Translations under genes and position numbers: made by a program
The notes under the pieces: generated by a model
What the model was told of the DNA's origin: nothing
Database searches by the model: none
Seen by the model: only the letters and a program-made list of their open reading frames with translations
Assembly: GCF_046293665.1 (NCBI RefSeq)
Contig: NZ_JBKBOL010000007.1
Location: 83,950-147,949 of the forward strand
Reading direction: 5' to 3'
Source: Flavobacterium sp.
GTDB lineage: Bacteria; Bacteroidota; Bacteroidia; Flavobacteriales; Flavobacteriaceae
DNA length: 64,000 bases
Part shown: piece by piece, positions 25,866-35,600 of the stretch
Layout of the letters: the number at the start of each line of letters is the position of its first letter
Position numbering within the stretch: the stretch's first letter is position 1

Positions 25866-26396
25866 ATGATACACCTACACGATAAAACTTTCGAGCCGTT
25901 TATTTCTTCAGAAGAAATTGATTTTGCGATTGCAAATATGGCCAAGCAAATGGACGACGATTTTTTTGACGATGTTCCGGTTTTTATAGGTGTTTTGAAT
26001 GGTGCTTTCATGGTTTTGAGTGACTTGATGAAGAAGTATCGCGGGATGTGTGAAGTGAGTTTTGTGAAAATGGCTTCGTATGAAGGCACGCAAACCACGA
26101 ATGATGTAAAACAATTAATCGGTTTGAATCAAGATTTAGAAGGTAGAACGATGGTAATCGTAGAAGATATCGTTGACACAGGAAACACTATCGAAGAATT
26201 AAAAGTCATCTTCAAAGAAAAAAAAGTGAAGCATTTAAAAATAGCGACCTTATTCTTCAAGCCGGAGGCTTATAAAAAAGACATCAAAATTGATTACGTT
26301 GGGATCAGAATTCCAAACAAATTCATCGTTGGTTACGGTTTAGATTACGATGGTTTAGGGAGAAATTTGCCCGACGTTTACCAATTGGCACAATAA
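25866..26396 (+). CDS. hpt: Hypoxanthine phosphoribosyltransferase
   Basis: 176 aa with the PRPP-binding motif 'VIVEDIVDTGNT'. Confidence 0.9.
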   Translation: MIHLHDKTFEPFISSEEIDFAIANMAKQMDDDFFDDVPVFIGVLNGAFMVLSDLMKKYRGMCEVSFVKMASYEGTQTTNDVKQLIGLNQDLEGRTMVIVEDIVDTGNTIEELKVIFKEKKVKHLKIATLFFKPEAYKKDIKIDYVGIRIPNKFIVGYGLDYDGLGRNLPDVYQLAQ

Positions 26397-26455
26397 AAAG
26401 TTGTCAGTTATCTGTTATCGGTTAAAGAATAATCGTAACAAGCTGATATTTAATT

Positions 26456-26483
26456 CATAACTTATAATTCATAACTCATAACT
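26456..26483 (+). repeat. (cataact/tataatt)x4 heptamer array
   Basis: cataact tataatt cataact cataact. It ends 6 nt before the adk ATG. Confidence 0.85.
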
Positions 26484-26489
26484 ACTAAA

Positions 26490-27062
26490 ATGATTAACAT
26501 CGTTCTTTTCGGAAAACCAGGTGCAGGAAAAGGCACACAAGCTGAATTTTTAAAAGGAAAATACAATTTGACTCATCTTTCTACAGGAGATATTTTCAGA
26601 TTTAATATTAAAAATAATACTGGATTAGGCCAATTAGCCAAGACTTTCATGGATAAAGGTGATTTGGTTCCCGATGAAGTAACGATTCAAATGTTGCAAA
26701 GTGAAGTGGATAAAAACCCAACATGTGCAGGATTTTTATTTGACGGTTTCCCGAGAACCATTGCGCAAGCAGAAGCTTTGGACAAATTCTTAGCATCAAA
26801 AGGACAAAACATCACCGCTACGGTAGCTTTGGAAGCTGATGATGAAATTTTAGTGCAGCGCTTGTTGGAAAGAGGAAAAACTTCGGGCAGGCCAGATGAT
26901 CAAGATGAGGAAAAAATCCGTAACCGTTACCAAGAATACAACGAAAAAACCGCACCTTTGATGGATTATTACGATGCGCAAGGTAAGTTTCACGCCGTAA
27001 ACGGAATTGGTTCAATCGAAGAAGTAACAGAGCGTTTAAGCAAAGTAATAGACAATTTATAA
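26490..27062 (+). CDS. adk: Adenylate kinase
   Basis: 190 aa with the P-loop 'GKPGAGKGTQ' and 'LSTGDIFR'. Confidence 0.95.
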   Translation: MINIVLFGKPGAGKGTQAEFLKGKYNLTHLSTGDIFRFNIKNNTGLGQLAKTFMDKGDLVPDEVTIQMLQSEVDKNPTCAGFLFDGFPRTIAQAEALDKFLASKGQNITATVALEADDEILVQRLLERGKTSGRPDDQDEEKIRNRYQEYNEKTAPLMDYYDAQGKFHAVNGIGSIEEVTERLSKVIDNL

Positions 27063-27092
27063 TTGAAATTTTTGGTTAGAAGGTTATATACT

Positions 27093-27120
27093 CATAACTT
27101 ATAACTTATAACTTATAACT
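27093..27120 (+). repeat. (yataact)x4 heptamer array
   Basis: cataact tataact tataact tataact. It ends 4 nt before the ATG at 27125. Confidence 0.9.
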
Positions 27121-27124
27121 CAAA

Positions 27125-28399
27125 ATGGAGATACTCATTATTCTTTTTTTAATCCTGTTAAACGGTGTTTTTTCGATGTCGGAAATAGCTCTGATATCGG
27201 CACGCAAAAACCGGTTAGAAACGGCGGCGAAGAAAGGAAATACGAATGCTAAAGTCGCTTTAGACTTAGCCAATTCTCCCAATAAATTTTTATCAACCGT
27301 ACAAATCGGAATTACTTTAATCGGAATTTTGACCGGTATTTATTCGGGCGATAAAATCACCTCAGATGTTCAACTATTTGTTGAGAGTTTTGAATTTTTA
27401 AAACCATTTGGTCATAGTGTTGCGGTGGGAATTGTGGTGGTTATTTTGACCTTTTTCTCTTTGGTTTTAGGCGAATTATTGCCCAAAAGAATAGGGTTGA
27501 ATTATCCCGAAGCCATTGCCAAAGCAGTAGCGGTTCCAATGAAAATGGTATCTATAGTTACTATGCCGTTCATTTGGTTACTGACGGTTTCAACGGATTT
27601 TATTTTAGATGTTTTAAAAATTAAACCAACTGCCGACGGGAAAGTAACCGAAGAAGAAATCAAAGCCATTATCAAAGAAGGAACTGAAGGTGGCGAAGTA
27701 CAAGAGATTGAACAAGATATAGTGGAACGTGTTTTCCACATTGGAGATAGAAAAGTAAACTCTTTAATGACACATCGAAAATCGATTGTATATCTTTCTT
27801 ATGACGATACAATCGAAGAATTAAAGGCTAAAGTGTTAGACGAATTGCACTCGGTTTATCCGGTTTGTCATGAGAATTTGGATGATGTTGTGGGAGTCGT
27901 TTTGCTGAAAGATTTGTTTGCCAGTTTTGAAAAAGGGCCATTCGATTTAAAAAATATTACTAAAGATCCGGTGTATTTGATTGAGCATACTTCAGCGTAT
28001 AAAGCGTTGGAAAATTTCAAAAAATCAAAAGTGCATTATGCTTTGGTAACCGACGAATATGGTGTTTTCCAAGGGATTATTACGCTGAATGATATTTTAG
28101 AGGCTTTGGTAGGTGATGCCGCCGATTTTTATGAAGATGAATTCAAATTAATTCCCCGAGAAGACGGAACGTGGTTGGTTGATGGACATTATTCGTTACA
28201 CGATTTCTTGACGTATTTCGATATGGATGAATTGATAAATGACTATGATGTAACCACACTTAGCGGTTTAATTATGACCGAATTAGGTAATATTCCCAAA
28301 ACAGGTGAGAAACTCATTTGGAACAAATTTGAATTAGAAGTCATCGATATGGATGGCGTAAAGATTGATAAAGTGCTTGTGAAAGCGATTAAAGAGTGA
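27125..28399 (+). CDS. CNNM/hemolysin-family protein (DUF21 - CBS pair - CorC/HlyC C-terminal domain)
   Basis: 424 aa with an N-terminal 4-TM DUF21-like region ('NGVFSMSEIALISARK'), a CBS-pair region and a C-terminal transporter-associated domain. Confidence 0.85.
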   Translation: MEILIILFLILLNGVFSMSEIALISARKNRLETAAKKGNTNAKVALDLANSPNKFLSTVQIGITLIGILTGIYSGDKITSDVQLFVESFEFLKPFGHSVAVGIVVVILTFFSLVLGELLPKRIGLNYPEAIAKAVAVPMKMVSIVTMPFIWLLTVSTDFILDVLKIKPTADGKVTEEEIKAIIKEGTEGGEVQEIEQDIVERVFHIGDRKVNSLMTHRKSIVYLSYDDTIEELKAKVLDELHSVYPVCHENLDDVVGVVLLKDLFASFEKGPFDLKNITKDPVYLIEHTSAYKALENFKKSKVHYALVTDEYGVFQGIITLNDILEALVGDAADFYEDEFKLIPREDGTWLVDGHYSLHDFLTYFDMDELINDYDVTTLSGLIMTELGNIPKTGEKLIWNKFELEVIDMDGVKIDKVLVKAIKE

Positions 28400-28409
28400 A
28401 ATAAGTTGA

Positions 28410-28487
28410 CAGTCCCAGTCGCAGTTTGCAGAAAGTTGTAAATTAAATAGCGAAACTGAGACTGAATACTGAGACTGAATACTGAAA
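28410..28487 (+). repeat. (cagtcN)x3 followed by (actgag actgaat)x2 + actgaaa
   Basis: The two halves are imperfect reverse complements (cagtc/gactg). The right half ends 2 nt before the obg ATG. Confidence 0.8.
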
Positions 28488-28489
28488 TT

Positions 28490-29524
28490 ATGACAGAAGG
28501 AAATTTTGTAGACTACGTAAAAATTTATGTTTCTTCCGGAAAAGGAGGAAAGGGTTCTTCGCATCTACACCGAGAGAAATTTATTGAAAAAGGTGGACCC
28601 GATGGTGGTGATGGAGGTCGCGGCGGTCATATTATATTGAAAGGAAATAAAAGTCTGTGGACCTTATTTCACTTAAAATTTGCCCGTCACGTCAAAGCCG
28701 GACACGGTGGCGATGGAGGAAGTTCAAGAAGTACGGGTCATGATGGAGAAGATAAAATAATCGAAGTGCCTTTAGGAACCGTTGTTCGAGATAAAGAAAC
28801 CGATGAGATTTTATTCGAAATCACGGAACATGGCGAAGAAAGAATTTTGATCAAAGGAGGTAAAGGAGGTTTAGGCAACTGGCATTTCAGAAGCTCAACG
28901 AATCAAACACCAAGATACGCCCAACCCGGAATGCCGGCGGAAGAATTGGACGTGATTTTAGAGTTGAAAGTCTTAGCCGATGTTGGTTTAGTAGGTTTTC
29001 CGAATGCCGGAAAATCGACTTTATTATCAGTGCTCACTTCTGCCAAACCCAAGATTGCCGATTATCCGTTTACGACTTTAAAACCAAATTTAGGCATTGT
29101 TGCTTACAGAGAATTCAAGTCTTTTGTGATGGCAGATATTCCCGGAATCATTGAAGGCGCTGCCGAAGGTAAAGGTCTAGGACATTACTTTTTGAGACAT
29201 ATCGAAAGAAATTCAACTTTGTTATTCTTAGTTCCGGCCGATGCGGATGATATCAAAAAGGAATATGAAATTTTGTTAGATGAATTACGTCGTTACAACC
29301 CGGAAATGCTCGATAAAGACCGTTTAATTGTGGTTTCCAAAAGCGATATGTTAGACGACGAATTAAAAGCAGAAATGCGCAAACAATTAGACAAAGACTT
29401 TAAAGGAATTCCTTATATGTTTATTTCTTCGGTAGCCAATCAAGGTTTGACGGAGTTGAAAGATAAGCTTTGGGAGATGCTCAATGTAGATACCCAAGAA
29501 CCTGAAAATAGTCATGGTATATAA
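28490..29524 (+). CDS. obg: GTPase Obg/CgtA
   Basis: 344 aa with the Gly-rich Obg fold '[16 protein letters not shown]...[12 protein letters not shown]' and G1 'GFPNAGKST'. Confidence 0.95.
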   Translation: MTEGNFVDYVKIYVSSGKGGKGSSHLHREKFIEKGGPDGGDGGRGGHIILKGNKSLWTLFHLKFARHVKAGHGGDGGSSRSTGHDGEDKIIEVPLGTVVRDKETDEILFEITEHGEERILIKGGKGGLGNWHFRSSTNQTPRYAQPGMPAEELDVILELKVLADVGLVGFPNAGKSTLLSVLTSAKPKIADYPFTTLKPNLGIVAYREFKSFVMADIPGIIEGAAEGKGLGHYFLRHIERNSTLLFLVPADADDIKKEYEILLDELRRYNPEMLDKDRLIVVSKSDMLDDELKAEMRKQLDKDFKGIPYMFISSVANQGLTELKDKLWEMLNVDTQEPENSHGI

Positions 29525-29525
29525 A

Positions 29526-29560
29526 TAAAAAAATCCCGTCAAAAATGGCGGGATTTTTTT
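29526..29560. terminator. Bidirectional intrinsic terminator
   Basis: A7-tcccg-(10-nt loop)-cggga-T7, between convergent obg and the OMP gene. Confidence 0.8.
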
Positions 29561-29573
29561 GTGGTTATAGAAA

Positions 29574-30155
29574 TTAAAATCGGTATCCTAAACCTAGTTT
29601 TATGAAATTGGCGGTTGTATTGTATTTGGAGTCCGGAACACCTTCAGGAGTACTACTCAATTTTATGCCATCATACTGAACTTGTGCAAACACTTTTTTA
29701 GTAATGTCAAAGGAAAAAGAGATATTGTAATTTAAGCCACTTAAACTTTCTGACTCATTACTATTGATTTCGCCTATTTCTTCATCAAAAGCACTACCAC
29801 TCGAATTGAATTGCATAAAAGTATAGCCTAAACCAAGCGCAGGATGTAATCTCGGAATGCCTTTTAGTTTAAGCTCACCAAATATTCGAGGTTGAAAATT
29901 ATAATTTTTAGTTTTAAAACTAATATCAGAACCGTTTAAGCTATAAGTTAAATAATTGGCATTTAAGGAAACACCAAAGGCAAAAGCTTCCTTGTCTGAA
30001 AATCTATATTTTATACCCACATCAACCAAACCATCATAGTTGCTTATAAAGTTGTCGCCGGATGGAATTGGGTAATTCAGTTCAATAGAAGTTTTTTCTT
30101 GTGAGAATGCTTGTAAAGCAAAAAATAAAAGTAATGAAGAGATAATTTTTTTCAT
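29574..30155 (-). CDS. Small outer-membrane beta-barrel protein (porin/OmpA-beta-barrel-like)
   Basis: 193 aa with a signal peptide, alternating amphipathic strands and the C-terminal '...LGLGYRF'. Confidence 0.7.
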   Translation of the reverse strand: MKKIISSLLLFFALQAFSQEKTSIELNYPIPSGDNFISNYDGLVDVGIKYRFSDKEAFAFGVSLNANYLTYSLNGSDISFKTKNYNFQPRIFGELKLKGIPRLHPALGLGYTFMQFNSSGSAFDEEIGEINSNESESLSGLNYNISFSFDITKKVFAQVQYDGIKLSSTPEGVPDSKYNTTANFIKLGLGYRF

Positions 30156-30321
30156 GAGTAAGGTTTATTGGGCTAAAGTAAAAAAAATAATTTTTAAAGA
30201 GAAACCTTATGTCATTATGCTGGAACAATTAATTAAGATATGCAATCACTATATCGTTGTAGTTTTTTAACAAAATTTTAAATTCATTTCCTCAAAAAAA
30301 AGTATCTTCGCAGTCGTTTTT

Positions 30322-30381
30322 AGACTATTTGATATAACAAGTATTTTTTTCAGATAGACTATTAACATTCAGACTATTAAC
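30322..30381 (+). repeat. agactatt(aac) direct repeats in the S46 peptidase leader
   Basis: agactatt at 30322. agactattaac at 30356 and 30371 (15-nt period). Confidence 0.7.
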
Positions 30382-30396
30382 TTTTATAACATAACA

Positions 30397-32547
30397 ATGA
30401 AGAAAATTATTTTATCCTTGATTGCAGCTATCATGCTTGTTCCAACGAGTGTAAAAGCTGACGAAGGAATGTGGTTTTTGATGTTTCTCGAAAGATTGAA
30501 CCACCGAGACATGCAAAAAATGGGCTTGCAATTGACAGCCGAAGAGATTTACAGTATCAACAATCACAGTTTGAAAGATGCTATTGTGCAATTCAACGGA
30601 GGTTGTACTGCGGAAATTATTTCTAAAGATGGTTTGGTTTTAACCAATCACCACTGTGGTTATGACGCGATTGCAGAATTATCTACTGCTGAGAAAAACT
30701 TATTGAAAGATGGTTTTTGGGCAGAAAACAGAAAAGCGGAAATCAAACCAGCTAGTTTGTTTGTTCGTTTTTTCGTAAGAATGGATGACTGTACCAAACG
30801 TATTTTAGCAGTTGTTACGCCTGGAATGAGCGAAGCAGATAGAGAAAAAGCCATCAATGCTGAAATCGCTAAAATTGAAAAAGAAAACAATGCCGGTGGA
30901 AAATACACCGTTTCTGTTCGTCCTTTTTTCCAAGGCAATGAATATTACTATTTCGTTTACCAAGATTACAAAGATGTTCGTTTGGTAGGAACGCCACCGG
31001 AAAGTTTAGGGAAATTTGGAGGTGATACTGATAACTGGGAATGGCCACGTCACACGGCCGATTTCTCTATGTTTAGAGTATATGCTGACAAAGACGGAAA
31101 TCCGGCTGATTATTCAGAAAGCAATGTTCCGTTACAACCAAAACACTATTTACCGGTTAATATTGGTGGTGTAAAAGAAAATGACTTTGCTATGATTTTA
31201 GGTTATCCTGGTAGAACCAACCGTTGGATGCCAGCTAGCGGAATTGAGCAAAACGTAAAATTTGCTTATCCTGCTTGGGTTGAAGGTGCTAAAACCGGTA
31301 TGGACAACATGAAAAAATACATGGACCAAAGTGATGCATTGAACTTGGTTTATGCTTCAAAGTATGCTTCAACTGCAAATTATTGGAAAAACCGTCAAGG
31401 AATGATTGATGCTTTGACCAAATTTGGTACCGCTAAAACAAAAGCAGCTCAAGAAGCTAAATTCAATACTTGGGCAAACAAACCAGCCAACAAGGCTAAA
31501 TATGGTAATGTAGTTTCCAATATCAATAAGTTTTACGCTTTGACCAATGAGAAATCAAGACATGATAACTATTTAACACAATTGTTCAGAACTACTTCTT
31601 TTGGAACCATCGGAAGAACTTTAGGAAGACAACTTGAGAATTACGTTAAAGCAGATGCAGCTAAACGTGCACAAATGGCTCCGGCTATTGAGGAAATGGC
31701 TACTGAAATGTACAAAGAATTACATGTTCCGGCAGAAAGAGATTTATTGGCAGCGCAATTGAAAGTGTATGCTACTAAATCAACCGGTTATGCAATTGCG
31801 CCTGCAGTAAAAAAGATTGCTGACGAAAACAACAACGACTTTACAAAATATGTAAATGCGGCTTTCGACATGAGTATTTTTACTTCTCTAGACAGAATTA
31901 AAGCATTCTTGGTTATTCCTAGTCAAGGTGTTTTAGAAAATGATCCTTTGTTTGTATTGTCAAATGATATGATTACTCATTTCAACTCAAAATCTGACGA
32001 AATCACTAAAGCACAAAATGATTACAGTGCTTCATTCCGATTATTAGTAGAAGGTTTAAGAGAGTCAAAAATTGCTTCTATCAAATATCCTGATGCTAAT
32101 TCAACGATGCGTTTGACTTACGGAAAAGTACGTTCGTTACCGGCGGATAAACGCAATGATGCTAAAATTAACAACTACACTACGCTTGACGGTCAAGTTA
32201 AGAAATACAAAAAAGGTGACCAAGAGTTTGATTTGCCGGTTAAAGTTTTGGAGATGAATAAAGCTAAAAACTACGGTAGATTTGCTGATAAAGACGGAAG
32301 TCTTCACGTGAATTTCTTGACGGATAACGATATTACAGGTGGAAATTCAGGTTCACCGGTATTGAATGGTAAAGGCGAATTAATCGGTTTGGCTTTTGAC
32401 GGAAATATTGAAGCTATGGCCGGTGACGTAATCTTTGATAGTAAATTACAAAGAACCATCAATGTTGATATTCGTTATGTGTTATGGGTAATTGAGAATT
32501 TCTCAGGAGCAAAGCACATTGTTGATGAAATGACTTTGATTAAATAA
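30397..32547 (+). CDS. S46-family dipeptidyl-peptidase (DPP7/DPP11-like)
   Basis: 716 aa. The mature N-terminus 'DEGMWF', 'TNHHCG' (His) and 'GGNSGSPV' (Ser) are hallmarks of family S46. Confidence 0.9.
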   Translation: MKKIILSLIAAIMLVPTSVKADEGMWFLMFLERLNHRDMQKMGLQLTAEEIYSINNHSLKDAIVQFNGGCTAEIISKDGLVLTNHHCGYDAIAELSTAEKNLLKDGFWAENRKAEIKPASLFVRFFVRMDDCTKRILAVVTPGMSEADREKAINAEIAKIEKENNAGGKYTVSVRPFFQGNEYYYFVYQDYKDVRLVGTPPESLGKFGGDTDNWEWPRHTADFSMFRVYADKDGNPADYSESNVPLQPKHYLPVNIGGVKENDFAMILGYPGRTNRWMPASGIEQNVKFAYPAWVEGAKTGMDNMKKYMDQSDALNLVYASKYASTANYWKNRQGMIDALTKFGTAKTKAAQEAKFNTWANKPANKAKYGNVVSNINKFYALTNEKSRHDNYLTQLFRTTSFGTIGRTLGRQLENYVKADAAKRAQMAPAIEEMATEMYKELHVPAERDLLAAQLKVYATKSTGYAIAPAVKKIADENNNDFTKYVNAAFDMSIFTSLDRIKAFLVIPSQGVLENDPLFVLSNDMITHFNSKSDEITKAQNDYSASFRLLVEGLRESKIASIKYPDANSTMRLTYGKVRSLPADKRNDAKINNYTTLDGQVKKYKKGDQEFDLPVKVLEMNKAKNYGRFADKDGSLHVNFLTDNDITGGNSGSPVLNGKGELIGLAFDGNIEAMAGDVIFDSKLQRTINVDIRYVLWVIENFSGAKHIVDEMTLIK

Positions 32548-32568
32548 TTTCACCTTAGTTTATATATT

Positions 32569-32605
32569 AAAAAAACGTCCCGAGCAATTGGGACGTTTTT
32601 TTTTT
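32569..32605. terminator. Bidirectional intrinsic terminator (copy 1 of an identical 34-nt hairpin)
   Basis: A7-cgtccc-gagcaatt-gggacg-T10. The T-run overlaps the stop codon of the A2M gene. Confidence 0.85.
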
Positions 32606-35600
32606 ATTCAGTTACCTTGATTCTGATACCTTTAGTATGGCTAGTGAATTCAGGCGCGTACATACTTTCTATGGTTGTAATTCCGTTCGAAAAATCGCCT
32701 TTGTTGTTTACTCGAATGTCATATTCAATCACATAAGTTCCTTGGTTTACATTATCAAAAAAGAAATGGGTTGCCGCGTCTTTCGTACTTTTATAATAAC
32801 TGGTTCTTTCCTTCCATTCATATTTAGAAAGTATGTCAACCGGCTCAAAGCAAGAAGCTCTCATATCTTTTAAATGTATGAATTCCATATCTTCTTTGGT
32901 TTCAATCACCAACCTTACCGTTACTAAATCGCCAATTTTCAAAGGATTTTTGGAAGTGATTTTTTCCAATTGTTTCCCTTCATTTGTGTTTTTCTTTAGG
33001 TACAATTCTTTTGTAACGGACATTACGCTTTTATCACTCGATTTTATTTGATCTAAATCTTCAAAATATTGCCAATAAATACCACCGTAATTGGGTACTT
33101 TCGAATTATTTTCAAAAGAAACATTTGCCATATCATTATTGATTTCATCAGCTTTCCAATTCATTTTTACATAACCGGTTTCAGCTTCTTTTTCGTTTTC
33201 TGTTAGTTTTGTGGTTAGGATTTTATTATTGCCAATTTTTATTTTGGTATTGTCTTTTACCGATAACCAATCACTTCCTTGGTATAATAATGCATAGATT
33301 GCTTCAGTAGTAGCTTTGGTGGTTTCCCAATTTTTGGTTTGTTTGTTTTTCAAAAGCCAAACCTTCATTGCCTCAACGGATTTATTGTCATTAGTGATTT
33401 CGGCGAATGCTTCAATTAATAACGCTTGGGTTTCTATTGGTGATTGGTACCAATACCAACCGGTTTTATTTTCAATCCAATACATCCCTGAATCTTCATT
33501 TGCGACTGATGTTTCTTTCAGGCTTTCGATGATTTTTTTGGCCGTAGTTTTATCTCCGAATCGATTTAAGACCATTGCGGCTAGTGCTTTGTTATGAATG
33601 GAATAAGTTCGCCAATCTGTTTTTATACTTTGCAACTGTTTGGTTGAGATAGCTTTAATTTTTTCGTTTATCGGATTACTTTCTAAATAAAATGTTCTCA
33701 TGTATAAATAATGTAAATCGGCATATTGTGTATTCCAAATTTTATAATCTTTTGAAATATTATTGTTATCCAAGTATTTATTGTCTAAATAATTAATGGC
33801 TTTTTTTGTAATTCCGGTGAAGCTATCGATGGTTTCTTTTTTAATCTTTAACTTTTGAAGATGTCCTAATCCACTGAGGATGTGTCTTGTAATGTATTCG
33901 TTTTCATTTCCGCCATCAAACCAAGCAAAGCCACCGGAAGGTTTTTGTTTTTCTTTTATTTTATGGAGGATGGCTTCTTCATTGGATTTGGTTTTCTCTA
34001 AATCGAAAAGTACAGCCATATTTTTTCGCTTTTCTTCTTCACTTTGGGCATCATTCATCCATGGTGTTTCGGCTAAAAGTAACGATTTTAACTCTTCGTT
34101 TTGTTCCAATTTAGAAATTGGTTTTCCTGATTTTCTCCATTGTTCAAAAACGTTGGCTATTTTTGGATTGTTATTGATAACCTCTGAGGCCAAGACATTG
34201 GCATAATATTTAGAAAATAATTGTTCGGCACAATCATGTTCATATTCCATCAAATAAGGTAAAGATTGAATAGCAATCCAAGTTGGATTACTCGTGTATT
34301 CCAAAGTAAACAAATGGTGGCGCAATGTAGCGGAAGTGTTGTTTTTTAAATTAGTCAACACATATTCTTTCTTACTGTTTTCTCTGACCCAAACCGGAAT
34401 CGTTTCGGTCACTAAAATGTTATTCGTCAATACCGGCAAAATACTTTCTTCACCATCAGAATAATTCCCTGCTTTGGCAATTACTTTGTATTGTAATCCT
34501 TGTAAACCTTGCGGGACTGTTATCTTCAAACTCACAACACTATTGCCGGAAGGCGTAATGGTAAAGTTGCGAATAGCATCAATATTCTTTGTTTTGGTAT
34601 CGATGTTTTCCATAGTTGTAGCATCAAAGAGTTGTAAAATGGCCATGCCGGTTTTGAGTTCGGGAGTTAGATTAGCCACTTTTGCCGAAATAACGATAGT
34701 GTCATTTTCTCTAAAAAATCTTGGCATATTAGGGAAAACCATTAATTCTTTTTGGGTTACCACACTTTTTTCTAAATAGCCTGTAAGTGCTTTTTTATTG
34801 TGTGCTAATAAGCGAAGTTTCCATTCTGTTAGTTCTTCAGGCGCATTGAATTTAAAACTTATTTTCCCTTCTTTATCGGTTCGAATTTGAGGAAAGAAAA
34901 AAGCGGTTTCGTTTCTGTTGGTTCGGGTTTTAACTTGGGTTAACTCTTCTATAGCTTTTAGGGTACTGATAATAATTACACCATTGCTTCCTCTATTGCC
35001 GTAAATGCTTGTCGCAGCAGCGTCTTTAAGTACTTTGGCATCTGCAATGTCATTCGGATTTAATTTTAAAAATGCATCTCTTGAGATTGGAACACCATCT
35101 ACCACATATAATGGTTCTGAATTTGAAGTAATTGCACCAACACCTCTTATTATAATACTAGTTCCGCTTCCTGGTGAACCTGTTCCTGTGGTTATGTTTA
35201 AACCGGCTATTTGACCTTGTAATGTTTGAATAAATGAGGCATTTGGTCGGTTTTCAATAGTTTCAGAATTAACCGTAGCTTGCGCGACTATCGTTGATGA
35301 TTTAGTAGTGTTTCTATATGCTTCTACTACTACTTGATCTAATTTTACACCGCCATCTATCAAGTTTACATTTATTTCATTGGTGTTTACAACTGCAATT
35401 CTATTATTATAACCTGTAAAAGAAATAATGAGTACTTCGCCAACGGCAGCTTCAATTTCGTAATAGCCATCAAAGTCAGCTTGGGTACTTCTGTTAGTTC
35501 CTTTTATAACTATGTTCGCTCCGGGTAACGGTCCGGTTCTATCCGAAACTATTCCGGTTATTAGTTTGGAATTGGTTGGTTTTATTGCTTTTTTGGTAAT

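Noticed and set aside
23993-28487. Short tandem repeats as a CRISPR array or minisatellite-encoded peptide
   Set aside because: The units are 6-8 nt with no unique spacers, so this is not CRISPR. No ORF spans them except spurious extensions.
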